DNA of 64,000 nt, from the NCBI GenBank assembly GCA_030867685.1, contig JAQOWU010000007.1:186001-250000 (forward strand), in the 5' to 3' direction. Both the position numbers and the translations under genes were made by a program. This document shows, piece after piece, positions 10,904 to 21,305 of this stretch; within the stretch, counting starts at the first letter, position 1; each line of letters opens with the position of its first letter. The notes under the pieces were generated by a model. It saw only the letters and a list, made by a program, of their open reading frames with translations, was not told the DNA's origin and did not search any database. The DNA is from Wickerhamiella versatilis (Eukaryota).

Positions 10904-11803
10904 TTATAGTTTCTCACCAGTACGGTTACCCCCGTTTCGAACAGGGATTGAGAGTTGAATTGCCACTAAGCATACTACAGTCACCTGCATGAGACTAGCA
11001 ATTATTCCAGAGCTCACAAACTCTAATTTGGGAATCTGTACACCAGACCACAGGCAAAGCGTGCCGTGGACTAAACACATGTCTGCTATCAAGATCAAAT
11101 GTACCTTTTTGTATATGGACTCACATGGTAACCATGGACAAGTCAAGTTAGCGACTACTAAACAGCAGGATATCACTGCCTGTCCTGGGCGAAGGAATGT
11201 GAAAAAACCATCGACCGCAATCTTAATTGACGCGCGAGATCTAAACGGCAAACTCGGTATCAAACAGGCGTGAATCGAGACAAGTCCTATACTTATCAGC
11301 AGTATCGAGACAAGAAATACACGTTTGAAGATTCTATTGTCCTTACATGCACGAAAACCTCCGCCTACAGCAAAAGATACTGCGTAAAGCCCGAAAACTG
11401 CTAAGTAAAAAGGAAACACATAATCTCCAAATTGACGATTTTCTTGAGACGCAGAGTTCATCAATGTACTACTATCGCGTATCGTCCACTTTAAGTACAT
11501 CTTATTGACGAAATGCGACTCTATTAGAATGAGGGAGTTGCACAACAATGCCAATGTAGTATACGTACAAATGGCCTTTTTTGGCTTGGAAGTATAATGA
11601 ACAGGAATAGGCAATAATGAACCTAGCAATGTGAACCACTTCAGTTTCAAAGCGGTACTTGCAGCTTCTGGTATGGTTGCAGAGATCGCACCAATGAGAA
11701 CTAGAAGTACTATGCGGAATAGTGAGACAAGTAGCGAATAGCCTTGGGTGATAACAGTGCTGTCACTCTTCTCTTCCATTTGTGGTTCAGACGTTTGCTT
11801 CAT
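10904..11803 (-). CDS. Polytopic membrane protein, unknown family
   Basis: About 300-codon ORF with roughly 8 hydrophobic segments and no recognised motif. First ATG at 11803. Confidence 0.5.
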   Translation of the reverse strand: MKQTSEPQMEEKSDSTVITQGYSLLVSLFRIVLLVLIGAISATIPEAASTALKLKWFTLLGSLLPIPVHYTSKPKKAICTYTTLALLCNSLILIESHFVNKMYLKWTIRDSSTLMNSASQENRQFGDYVFPFYLAVFGLYAVSFAVGGGFRACKDNRIFKRVFLVSILLISIGLVSIHACLIPSLPFRSRASIKIAVDGFFTFLRPGQAVISCCLVVANLTCPWLPCESIYKKVHLILIADMCLVHGTLCLWSGVQIPKLEFVSSGIIASLMQVTVVCLVAIQLSIPVRNGGNRTGEKL

Positions 11804-11909
11804 GAGAATGTATATTAGTAATGGTAACAAGTAATCTACATATTGTCCTCATCATTATTATTGACGTCATCTCGTGACAAGCGACGAAAGAATATCATTA
11901 TTATTGAAA

Positions 11910-13592
11910 ATGAATCAAAGTCACCTGCCAGTAACTGCTGGCAAAGTGTGCAATCTTAATCCATTCTGTACGATCTTCTGGGCTCTACTGGCAGAATTTT
12001 GGCAATATGGTTGCGTTGACGTTGTCTGTCTTTCAATTTTTGAATGTGGCAGGTCGGTGGAAGAATTTTCGTGGATATTTCCGACCATATCATCTCTCGT
12101 AATAATGACCATCTTGCCAGCATTTGAAGATCGCTTACCGTTTCCCGCAGTACTGGTATTGCTGATACTTCTTTACGGCCTCAAATTTCTATCGGTGCAT
12201 CTTAATTCAGCAAATGATACCTTTCCCGTTTTCTTTTATATATTTGTTCACACCGCCTTGGAATGTTTGGTGTTTAACATGTTTTCAGTACCAAAACAAT
12301 TTCAGATCTATCAACTGCGTGAATACATATTGAGTTTCTCACTTTTGTTCTCTATTATGCTTAATATCTTTCCTCTTTCAAAACAATCATTAATGCAGAT
12401 ATTCCCATTATCAGTCGTTTGTTCTACTAATGGAATACTTATGATCTTAAGCCGAGTATATCCTGAGGTATGTACCCCGGAGAGGTCTTTTATAACGCTG
12501 AATATTGTGTCGATCTTGACAAATGTTTTGGGTCTTCTAGTGGGACATTATGGTGAGGATATTTTCGATTTCGGTATGAGTTTTAGCGGCTATAATCCTT
12601 TTCAGGCAAGTACTCTGATTTCTGTTATGCAGTCTGTTGCGAGCGTTCATATTTTCAATGTCTTCTACAACTGGAGGTTTGAATTCGCTGCTTTCAATGG
12701 CCGGAACTTAAGTATCGGTACTGAGTCAATAACAAAATCCTACCGATCAGCCATATCAAATTCCATCTTTGATGACAGAAGATTCTTATTGGTACTGATG
12801 TACAGTATCTTTTTTTTCTAACGGTTGGCGTTTTGTGTACTCGGTCTTCATTGTACTGCCCTTTAAACTACTACGATGAGCCTGTAAAAGACCAGCCTGA
12901 CGTTATTAGAACGCACAAAGGTTCAATTGATTTCCAAGATGTAATAGAAAATTTTTATATCAAGCTTATAGCTTGTGACATTCTATTGATATACTTATCT
13001 GCAACCTTGGTACCTCTTGCTATTCCCAGAGGCCTTCTTTTTATATCATATTTCACACTTGGTCTTTTTGGAGACGTTGCAACCATGGCAGTAATATCCT
13101 GCAATCAGTCCCGCACTATTTATTTTGCAATATGTTACAAATTTGCTCATATTGGTCTTGGATATTTAACTCTGGGCTCGCAAATAGCCAGTGATGGTAA
13201 TGATGATATTTTTGAGCTTAAAGAACACCTTCTATGGCTGTCTATCCTCTTCAACTTGATATGTTTTACGCCTAACAAGAGCAACTTTGTTGTTCTCATG
13301 TCGATAATGTCATCTTTTTTTTGCTGTTTGCTGGGAAATAAGTAAAATGAAGAAAGATTGTTTGACCGTGCAAATAGGCTATCATGGTACTCCAAAATTG
13401 CTTATTTGTTCTTTCGTTATACTTTTAATACAATTTATCCAAAACGTATCCCCCATAACCACCCTTGCCCGCGAAAATTGGGACCAGATCGAGAAGTTTT
13501 ATCGCACCCTAGATCTTATGGTTTTGTGCGTCACAAACTATGTTGCATCAACCCTATCAATCTATCTAACTGCTGGATTAATCTCCTCATAG
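11910..13592 (+). pseudogene. Polytopic membrane protein split by frameshifts at two T8 runs (pseudogene or assembly error)
   Basis: Hydrophobic ORFs 11910-12821, 12833-13345 and 13347-13592 join if one T is added at 12810-12817 and one T is removed at 13315-13322. Confidence 0.45.
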
Positions 13593-14209
13593 GGGTTTTA
13601 GTGATCTTTCTTATCCGCAAATGTAGCTGTACAATTTTGCTATTTGGAAATGCTCCTTGAGGTACATCTTGATATGAGGCCAGACCTAAGTTGTTAATAT
13701 TTGAATCTTATCACTATGAGTGTACATAGAAATGACGAAAAAGATACCGATCCAATGTGCTATGCTATTTTTCTACCATTCTATTATGTACATCATATTT
13801 TATCGACTACAATGAACGCATTACCGTAGTTTTTGGAGATACTTGTTTTCATTCCATGTGAGAAGAATGCTATCTGAATATCTAGCAAAATGCTGTACAG
13901 GGAAATAGTAAGCTCTAGCAAGGTATAGAAATTACGGTTGGATAAAGCGAGATAGCCCACTGTTGATTATTAATCACATACCGGGGTGGTAATGTGGGGA
14001 AGCCCGAAGATGGTGTTAAGACAATAAATGAGCTCACGTTCCTGCAATGTACTATACTTCTTGTGATTACATATACTTCATGCTGCTGATAATTGCTTCT
14101 TAATTTCTAGCACACCCCTTCAAGGGGGCTATCTTGCTATATTGTGGCCATACACATTAGTAATATATCAAGAAGTGCTCACCATACAGGATAGCTCTGA
14201 TTGAGATAT

Positions 14210-15274
14210 ATGGTGAGCGAAGATCTACGTATTGAAATATCGGGACATAAATCAGAGTCATGGTACAAAGAGGGTGATATAGTCTCGGGAAGGGCGTTTA
14301 TTGATGCAAAAAAGGATATTGGTGTCCATACCATCACAGCAACCCTTCAGTGCAAAGAACTAGTTACAGTGGATTGGACAGAGAGAACCAGACCTCGTTT
14401 TGATACTGTAGAAGTCGACTATGTGAACTTAAAGGAAGTTCTCTTTCCGGCCCCTATGCTGAGGAAATCGGATAATAGTGATGAGTGGAAGATAGGGGCA
14501 GGTTTGCACGAATTCAAATTCAGATTCGAAATTCCCAAGCTGGAGCGCGCCCCACCATCTTGGGGAGATGACAAAAGCTATGCAAAAATATTGTGGTTCA
14601 TTAAAGTATGTGTTTGTAAGTCGGGATTTCATAGGGACAACGAGGAAACTTTTCCAATCAAGGTATTTCAAACCAAACCGGCACCGTCTCCTGGGCCTGC
14701 TGAGGTGCAAAGTGTTTCAGGTGACTTAACAGTACACATGCCCGGATACAGACGTGGAATTGCCAGACTGTTTGATTCAGAACATAAGACGAATACGAGG
14801 ACGCGACTTTCGGTATCCTATCCTAGCAAAGGTATATCAACCATCCACCCAAGTATAAATATTTATTCTGACACACCTCGGCCAGATTTGGTTATGATAC
14901 AGTCTGTTCAAGTGGATCTCCAGTCTCGCGCAATTGCGAATGTTCATGGCCATTACAACTGCGAAGACAAATTGCATAGTCTCGGGCAGCTAGATGATAT
15001 CAATTTCAATAAGGGTGGAAATGTAGACATTTCCCAGGTGTTGGCCGACCAGGACTCGTGGAATTCAACCCCTATTGCCCAGGAATTTCACGGCTATTCG
15101 TTTCGTGTAAGGTACGATTTGATAATTCGCGTCAAAGTGAAAGAAAAGCTAAGGCAGAAACACAAAACGGGCCATAGTATAGATCTGGTCATTAAGGCTC
15201 CTTGCCGAGTACTATCACCTTCACTGGTGGACCTACCAGATTATGACGATAAAATAATGAAATACGAGTTGTAA
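14210..15274 (+). CDS. Alpha-arrestin-like protein
   Basis: Y-x2-GD-x-VSG start, GLHEFKFRFEIP...PPS, beta-rich arrestin N/C-like pattern, C-terminal LPDY (PY-like) motif. Confidence 0.7.
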   Translation: MVSEDLRIEISGHKSESWYKEGDIVSGRAFIDAKKDIGVHTITATLQCKELVTVDWTERTRPRFDTVEVDYVNLKEVLFPAPMLRKSDNSDEWKIGAGLHEFKFRFEIPKLERAPPSWGDDKSYAKILWFIKVCVCKSGFHRDNEETFPIKVFQTKPAPSPGPAEVQSVSGDLTVHMPGYRRGIARLFDSEHKTNTRTRLSVSYPSKGISTIHPSINIYSDTPRPDLVMIQSVQVDLQSRAIANVHGHYNCEDKLHSLGQLDDINFNKGGNVDISQVLADQDSWNSTPIAQEFHGYSFRVRYDLIIRVKVKEKLRQKHKTGHSIDLVIKAPCRVLSPSLVDLPDYDDKIMKYEL

Positions 15275-15393
15275 CTATACTTTATTTAACTTAATCTGTG
15301 TCTGCAAGTGGTATGGCTACCCAGCTATCTCACGTTGTTCATCTAAGCTTAGATCTAAGATCCTTATCGCCGTCACGCTTTTTAACGGTTAAA

Positions 15394-15711
15394 GGATATA
15401 GCATGGCCAGCGATGAACCTGCGTGTGTAAATTTCCATTCAGCTGCTGGAAGTGGAAATGGAATGGGATCTTTGAATAATGCATATATCTCTTATATACA
15501 GCTCGTGATTATCACTGGACAGCAAGTACGGTCTATGATTGGAATTGACGCGTTGTTAACAACCACCAATGCCACAGAGCTTCCTTGACTCTTGGTAAAA
15601 TGGAGGCACGAGCCTGCGATTGCATCGGATGTACCCCGTGCTCTAAGCCAAGATATACACTGCGCAAACAGTGACCCTAAGGGTCCCGCATATTTATCAG
15701 TACTCTAGGAT
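15394..15711 (+). pseudogene. Fragment of bacterial-type benzoylformate decarboxylase (MdlC-like ThDP enzyme)
   Basis: Reads GYSMASDEPACVNFHSAAGSGNGMGSLNNA...TGQQVRSMIGIDALLT...LP*LLVKWRHEPA...KGPAYLSV. This matches my recollection of the MdlC PYR domain ([27 protein letters not shown]...GQQTRAMIGVEALLT...LVKWSYEPA...QGPVYLSV). Internal stops; no 5' end. Confidence 0.8.
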
Positions 15712-15830
15712 GCTAAGAACCGCCCAATATGATTGAAATTCTGATTGGGTCTGGATGCATGGAGCTAGGAAGCTATTATGAATATTGGATTTTCCGGAGT
15801 GTCACGAGATTTCAAGGCCTTAATTCGAAC

Positions 15831-16415
15831 CTAAGGGGGAGCGTCACTGGCCGTCTTTGGTTGATACTGGTGGACCGCAGTGTTTCTGAATGCTGGCTCA
15901 TATGGGTCTTTGGGTTTTACTTTCAGAGGTACGACTCGTGCTTGGCACCTATATGGCTCACACGCTTTATCATCGCGCATGGTGTTCTCGCGCGCAAGGT
16001 TCAGATCGTTACCAATGTATATATTCGTACCAACCCTGTTAAGAAGGTCGGGTTCGAGAAAATAGGGAGCATGAGGTACGAACCACAGTCGTGTGTTACT
16101 TGAGGGTGGATCTTTTTGCAACACCCGAATTCCCAGCTCACTGAGCACCCGCAAGTCACGTTTCTTGAAATTTGGGTCCCATGCTGTAATTTGCTTTGCA
16201 TTGAAATGTTGCTGCAAAAGCAGGGCCAATGCGGTTTGGTACTCAACACTCATATCATCAACTCCGAAATTACCCACAGCTAGAAACCTAATATCATCAA
16301 TCTCTGGTTGAAACGGTTTAAGAGCCCGCAGTACAGCTGCCAAAAACGGCGACCGAGCAAGCTCTGTCTGCTTCTGTTCCACAAGTTCAACGAGCGTCTG
16401 TTCCGAAGGGGGCAT
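15831..16415 (-). CDS. SRR1-domain protein (Ber1-like)
   Basis: IRFLAVGNF...YQTALALLL...WDPNF...D-x2-L, LWFVPHAP, IYIGNDL pattern of the SRR1 domain. Confidence 0.75.
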   Translation of the reverse strand: MPPSEQTLVELVEQKQTELARSPFLAAVLRALKPFQPEIDDIRFLAVGNFGVDDMSVEYQTALALLLQQHFNAKQITAWDPNFKKRDLRVLSELGIRVLQKDPPSSNTRLWFVPHAPYFLEPDLLNRVGTNIYIGNDLNLARENTMRDDKACEPYRCQARVVPLKVKPKDPYEPAFRNTAVHQYQPKTASDAPP

Positions 16416-16891
16416 ACCCTTACCCGCGAAAATTGGAAACTAGTACAAGATGCCCTGCGATAGACGCCTGGTCAATAGGTTAAGAGCCTTAAGTTTAACA
16501 TTTCTAGTGTGCGTATGAATCAAACTGAATAGTCATGGACAAATTTATATGATAGTGCTCGAATTAACAGTATTTATCATACGCAATTCATTTCTAATCT
16601 AGCTTCGTGGAATATAACCATGACCCATACCAAATGTGCATTCTAGATTGTTTGTTCATATATTTTTGTATTCATACTTATTTATGTCTTTCACAACTGG
16701 AGACTGGTCGAGCTACCCAATCTTCGATGCGACAAAGTTGCGAGTCTAAATTAGGGTATGTAGTGGATACGTTGTCACACATCTCATTAAGGGCAATTTT
16801 CACGTGTTATGTCTTAAAGAAATATGAATGCTCCATCCTTTTTTATTTTTAGATATATATACTTATTCGAAGCATCATTGCACAGGCCTTT

Positions 16892-17905
16892 TTACGATCC
16901 TCTCTCTTGGGTTTCTTGCGATTGACGTATATAGCCTAGCTTCCTGATATCTGCATCAGTACGATTTCCATGGATGGTTATGGTATCCAGCTTTTTGTCA
17001 AGTGCTGCCTTCTCTTCGGCACTGAGTACCACCTTCGCGGCTCCCAGATTCTCTATGACCCTAGACTCTTTCCTCATTCCAGGAATAGGAATCACATTAT
17101 CATACTTGTTGAGCATCCAGGCCAATGATACTTGTGCAGGAGTTATACCCTTCTCAGATGATACCTTGAACAACATATCCAATAATGGTTGATTTGATGC
17201 AACATTTTTTTCAGTATAACGGGTTATTCCTCGCCGGACATCATCCCCTTTATAATTATCCGCAGGCTTCACATAATTGGGGTCCGCACTGAGAAAGCCC
17301 GAAGCCATGGGACTGAATGCCACAAACGCGATTCCTAGTTCTTGGCAAAGGGGGATAACATCTTTCTCAAACATTCGTTCCATTATAGAATATTCGCTCT
17401 GAATGGCAGTCAGGGGTGTGATGGAATGGGCAAGTTTAATTTGCTGGGCACTAACTTGCGATAAGCCCCACCCACCTATTTTTTTCTCATGGATAAGTTT
17501 TCCCATTACCTGGGCAACCTCCCCCAAGGGTATGTTTTCCGGGGCTCGATGCAGGTAGTATAGCTCAACGAAATCTACACCTAGCCGTTTGAAGGACTTA
17601 TCAAGATGGTCCCTAATTTGGGCTTCTATCTCCTCGGCATCGAGAAGAAATAGCTTGGTTGCTAGAGAAATCTTGGACCGGATAGGATTTAGAGCCTCCC
17701 GTAGCAATTCTTCATTATGACCAGAACCGTACACCTCAGCCGTGTCGACATGTAGCTTTAATCCCTCAGGCACAAGGTCGCTCGCAAGACGGATTAGCCT
17801 GATTGCCTCCTCCTTGGATGGCGATTCACCATACCCATGACTGAAACCCATTGCACCATATCCAACAGCGTATACCTTGTCGTTTCCCAATACTCTGGCT
17901 TGCAT
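16892..17905 (-). CDS. Aldo/keto reductase, bacterial-type
   Basis: GYGAMGFSHGYG, DTAEVYG, LATK, LYYLHR, IQSEYS, FSPMASGFL, IPIPG. Confidence 0.88.
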   Translation of the reverse strand: MQARVLGNDKVYAVGYGAMGFSHGYGESPSKEEAIRLIRLASDLVPEGLKLHVDTAEVYGSGHNEELLREALNPIRSKISLATKLFLLDAEEIEAQIRDHLDKSFKRLGVDFVELYYLHRAPENIPLGEVAQVMGKLIHEKKIGGWGLSQVSAQQIKLAHSITPLTAIQSEYSIMERMFEKDVIPLCQELGIAFVAFSPMASGFLSADPNYVKPADNYKGDDVRRGITRYTEKNVASNQPLLDMLFKVSSEKGITPAQVSLAWMLNKYDNVIPIPGMRKESRVIENLGAAKVVLSAEEKAALDKKLDTITIHGNRTDADIRKLGYIRQSQETQERGS

Positions 17906-18864
17906 AGTAGGCTTTGAATCACTATCCTAGTCGAGATTTGTAATCACAGTCCGGTCTGCCATTAGCACTCATTGGCATAAATTCTATAATACCTTGAAGA
18001 CACTGCTAAGAAATAGTGGTATAGAAGAAGCTGCTTAAATTTACGGTATGTAAAGACGATTGACGGGCATGGTACTGGCATATTGCTGAGGTGATTTGCA
18101 TACGTTAGCAGGATGATTTCGTCGCCTATGTGCTGCAGGTTATGGGCAATTTGCGTGGAAATTTAGTCTCATGTTGCAATTAATTGATACACAGGTTAGG
18201 GCATATTGTTAATGCAGTAATCGTGCAGGCGCACTCCTAGCGATAAAAGTGGTAATGCAGCAATCGTGCATGACTGTTTCACTACATAAAGATAGGAATA
18301 AATGCTGTAGAGAAGCAAAAGCTTCCAATGATGATCACTAAGTTCATATTGTGACGGGAGCTGGTTTCGCTTCGGTCCAGGCTGTAGCGCCGAATGTTGA
18401 CAAAGTCACTCGCCGAACTGAGGAAGCTTTAGGATAAGTATCGAATGACTCAACTAGTACAGCTGATGCGAATTTAGGCTGTTTTGGATACAGAGTACTG
18501 TCGTGGCGATGTTTACTTTGTGAATTACTTAAAGAACCTGAAAGTCGATAAAAAGTTCATAGCAGTACATTCCTCCACTAGATTTAGTATATGTAACACG
18601 CTAAATCAGATACTGAAGAGATCTCCGCTTGATTAATGCCTCAGCATGGACTTCTGCAGCGTCACGCACACCACCGGAACTCATGAAAAGGCTAGGAGCT
18701 ATCTCGTGAAATTTGTGAGAGGTTCGAATGTACATTAATACGATATCTAAGCGAAGACTTATCTTGACTCCTATCGCAAAACAGTTTTGAATACCTTTTA
18801 GGTTAAATACAGGTTTAACAGAATACCATCGCATACTATGAAACCTATGATGGCTGATAAAAAA

Positions 18865-19884
18865 TCACGAGATTATCTGGTGGGGGTTTCCTGTAACATC
18901 TGCCCAATATCTTTGAGCAACCTTGGGATGTGATCGTACAAAACCCAATACAGTATTGTCACCAAACGACGCCAAGAGTGGGTTGTGTTTTTCTTGGCTG
19001 ATTCCTCTTGCCTTAGCAGCAAGACTAGGGGGCAAGTCTATGGGAGGCACGGTTGTGTCTAGCTTTGGACCGAGGAAAAATGGGATCGAGTAGCGATCTA
19101 CGCCACTATTAGGACTCACAACGCGATGCTGAGTTGCTCTCAGGTAGCCATTCGTTGCTATCTCGAGCATTTCGCCTATGTTGAAGACAAAACTTCCTGG
19201 GACAGGCACAGCATCAATCCATGTTCCGTCATTAGCCTCGACCTGTAGACCCCCAACCTGATCCTGTTGCAAAAGAGCAAGATAGCCATAGTCCTTGTGA
19301 CTTCCCACGCCCTGGCCACTGCCACCGGGGGGATAATGAATCACTTTTTGATACCTGCACGCATCTTCACCAAACCATCGGTCGAAGTAATCTTCATCCT
19401 GGCCCAATGCTGCGGCAAGTGCTCTTAGTACTTCACAACTCACCCGGAACGCCTCTGCCTGCCACGCGAGAGTCACTTTTTTCAATTCTGGCGGATCATC
19501 TGGCCACTGGTTAGGTCCAATTAGCCGCTTCCAGGCCGGGTCGCCGCTCTTGGTCACTAAAGCCTCCCGTTCAACCCCAATATCAAGCTGTTCGCGCCAA
19601 TCGGGTGATCCTGCAGTGATTTCAGTTCCAGTACGGGTGTATCCCCTAAATTGTGGAGAATTAGTGTTCTGAATTGCCAGTTTCTCCTCGGTCGGTTTAG
19701 CGAAAAATTCACGGGCCAATCTAAACATATCATCTGTCAATTCCTGGGGTACTCCGTGCCCTACGACATAGAAAAACCCTGCATCGTGGGCAGCATGCCT
19801 TAGATCTTCTAGGAATGATTCCCTTTGGGTACTGCTACGGAGCAGTGAAATATCAATAACTGGGAGCTTTACTGAGCTGCTCAT
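18865..19884 (-). CDS. 2-oxoglutarate/Fe(II) dioxygenase, isopenicillin N synthase family, bacterial-type
   Basis: LPVIDIS, GFFYVVGHG, HKD...H iron triad (HKDYG / QHRV), RYS. Confidence 0.88.
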   Translation of the reverse strand: MSSSVKLPVIDISLLRSSTQRESFLEDLRHAAHDAGFFYVVGHGVPQELTDDMFRLAREFFAKPTEEKLAIQNTNSPQFRGYTRTGTEITAGSPDWREQLDIGVEREALVTKSGDPAWKRLIGPNQWPDDPPELKKVTLAWQAEAFRVSCEVLRALAAALGQDEDYFDRWFGEDACRYQKVIHYPPGGSGQGVGSHKDYGYLALLQQDQVGGLQVEANDGTWIDAVPVPGSFVFNIGEMLEIATNGYLRATQHRVVSPNSGVDRYSIPFFLGPKLDTTVPPIDLPPSLAAKARGISQEKHNPLLASFGDNTVLGFVRSHPKVAQRYWADVTGNPHQIIS

Positions 19885-21305
19885 TCAAGAGTTATTGCAG
19901 GTAAGTGTAGGATGGTCGAGGATGACGAAATGTGAGTCATTGCGTATTGGCACGTGACTCGGGCATACGGCTACATGAAGCAAGATTAAAGGACATCACA
20001 CGAGCAAACGCAATTTTATTAATTCATGAACAAAGTTTGGTTATATCAGTAAAGCATTAATACAAAAACTAAGTGGAATCACCCAAGTTAAGCCTGTGCT
20101 TTCAGGATGCCGCGTCACCGATATGAATGGTTAGCTCACAGGATATAAGTGACAGCACATTTGCTGTTCCCAAACTCTTTTATCGCGGTTAGTCGTACAG
20201 GATCAGGAAACTACGAACTCACTAGGAACCAGATTGTTGGTGAAGCTATGGAAGATCTGAAAAGGATTAAAAGCCACTTTTTTCTCTAATCGGAACCGGG
20301 GGTCCGCAGACTATCAAATAATCAGAAGAGCCCGGGTATCTACCGGGGAAACTTCGTTATAAAGCGAGGTTGCAGCAGTAGAAGCAGAAACTACCTATTT
20401 AATAAAAGTTTCTACATATTAAAAAAAGTCTAATAAAAATGTTATCAAACTTATATAAGTATTCTAGTGACACTTAACTTAAGTGCCAAAATAAGTTATA
20501 TATATATGCCCTTTCCTCGATATTTCTTGATAGCCATCACAACTTTCTACAGAATTGCTAAACTTCCCGCCTGCAATAGCGTACGAGCTTTAATTTAATG
20601 ATGGAGTATCCTGTGTGTCCACGAAACCACGAACCAGGATTGTTTAGCGAGCTATTAGCATTGCTAATGTACGTTTTCAGGAATAAATAAGCCAATTGCA
20701 TAAAACCTGCATCCTGAAAGCGTTCCAGCTTCTTCCTAATATATCTATCTAAACATACCGGTGCCTTAATTGCTTGAACACGTGCCACTCTTCCGTAATG
20801 GCCACTAACCTACCTCTTTTTAGGCAAAAAGCCTTATAAATCTTCTACCAGGATACCACCAGCCTAACTATTTTGCAAAGGTGTTGATCTTTTTCCTGCA
20901 TTGTTCTTACAAGGTGGGGTCTTCATATTGATCTCGGTATGTTTGGAGCAGGCATATCCCCCGAGCTGTATCATCATTGCCCAGGAATCGCTGCGGATTT
21001 CGTTGCGCGGTTTGTTCTTTTCTGGCATATCTCATATTTGGATCCTAGCTGTTGAACAGTCAACAAAACATTTCCACGGCAGTTGCTCAGTTGCCACGGA
21101 AAGCCAGTATCTTGGGGCCACATGAGCAGGGTGATGCGACGGGCTCCTCTAGGGGTGGGGATTTCGAAGTCCCGAGGACAGTACCCCTACCCATATGTAC
21201 GATTGCGTATCTCTGTGTGCTGCATCACAGAAACCACATACTCAAAGTTAACAGCATAAAGAGGTGGTTATTTATTTATGGGAGACTCATATTAACATCA
21301 AGAGA

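Noticed and set aside
18210-18270. 18-bp near-direct repeat taatgcag(t/c)aatcgtgca
   Set aside because: Only two copies, no recognisable motif, not CRISPR-like.
18328-18550. Possible relic of a small secreted protein (signal-like start, RR site, Cys)
   Set aside because: Needs a frameshift and a stop read-through; no recognisable homology.
20471-20497. Inverted similarity to 32311-32333 (tttggcacttaagt)
   Set aside because: Short and AT-rich; could be chance.
20558-21250. Short ORFs between the dioxygenase and the protease
   Set aside because: May be a decayed gene, but no frame gave a motif I can support.
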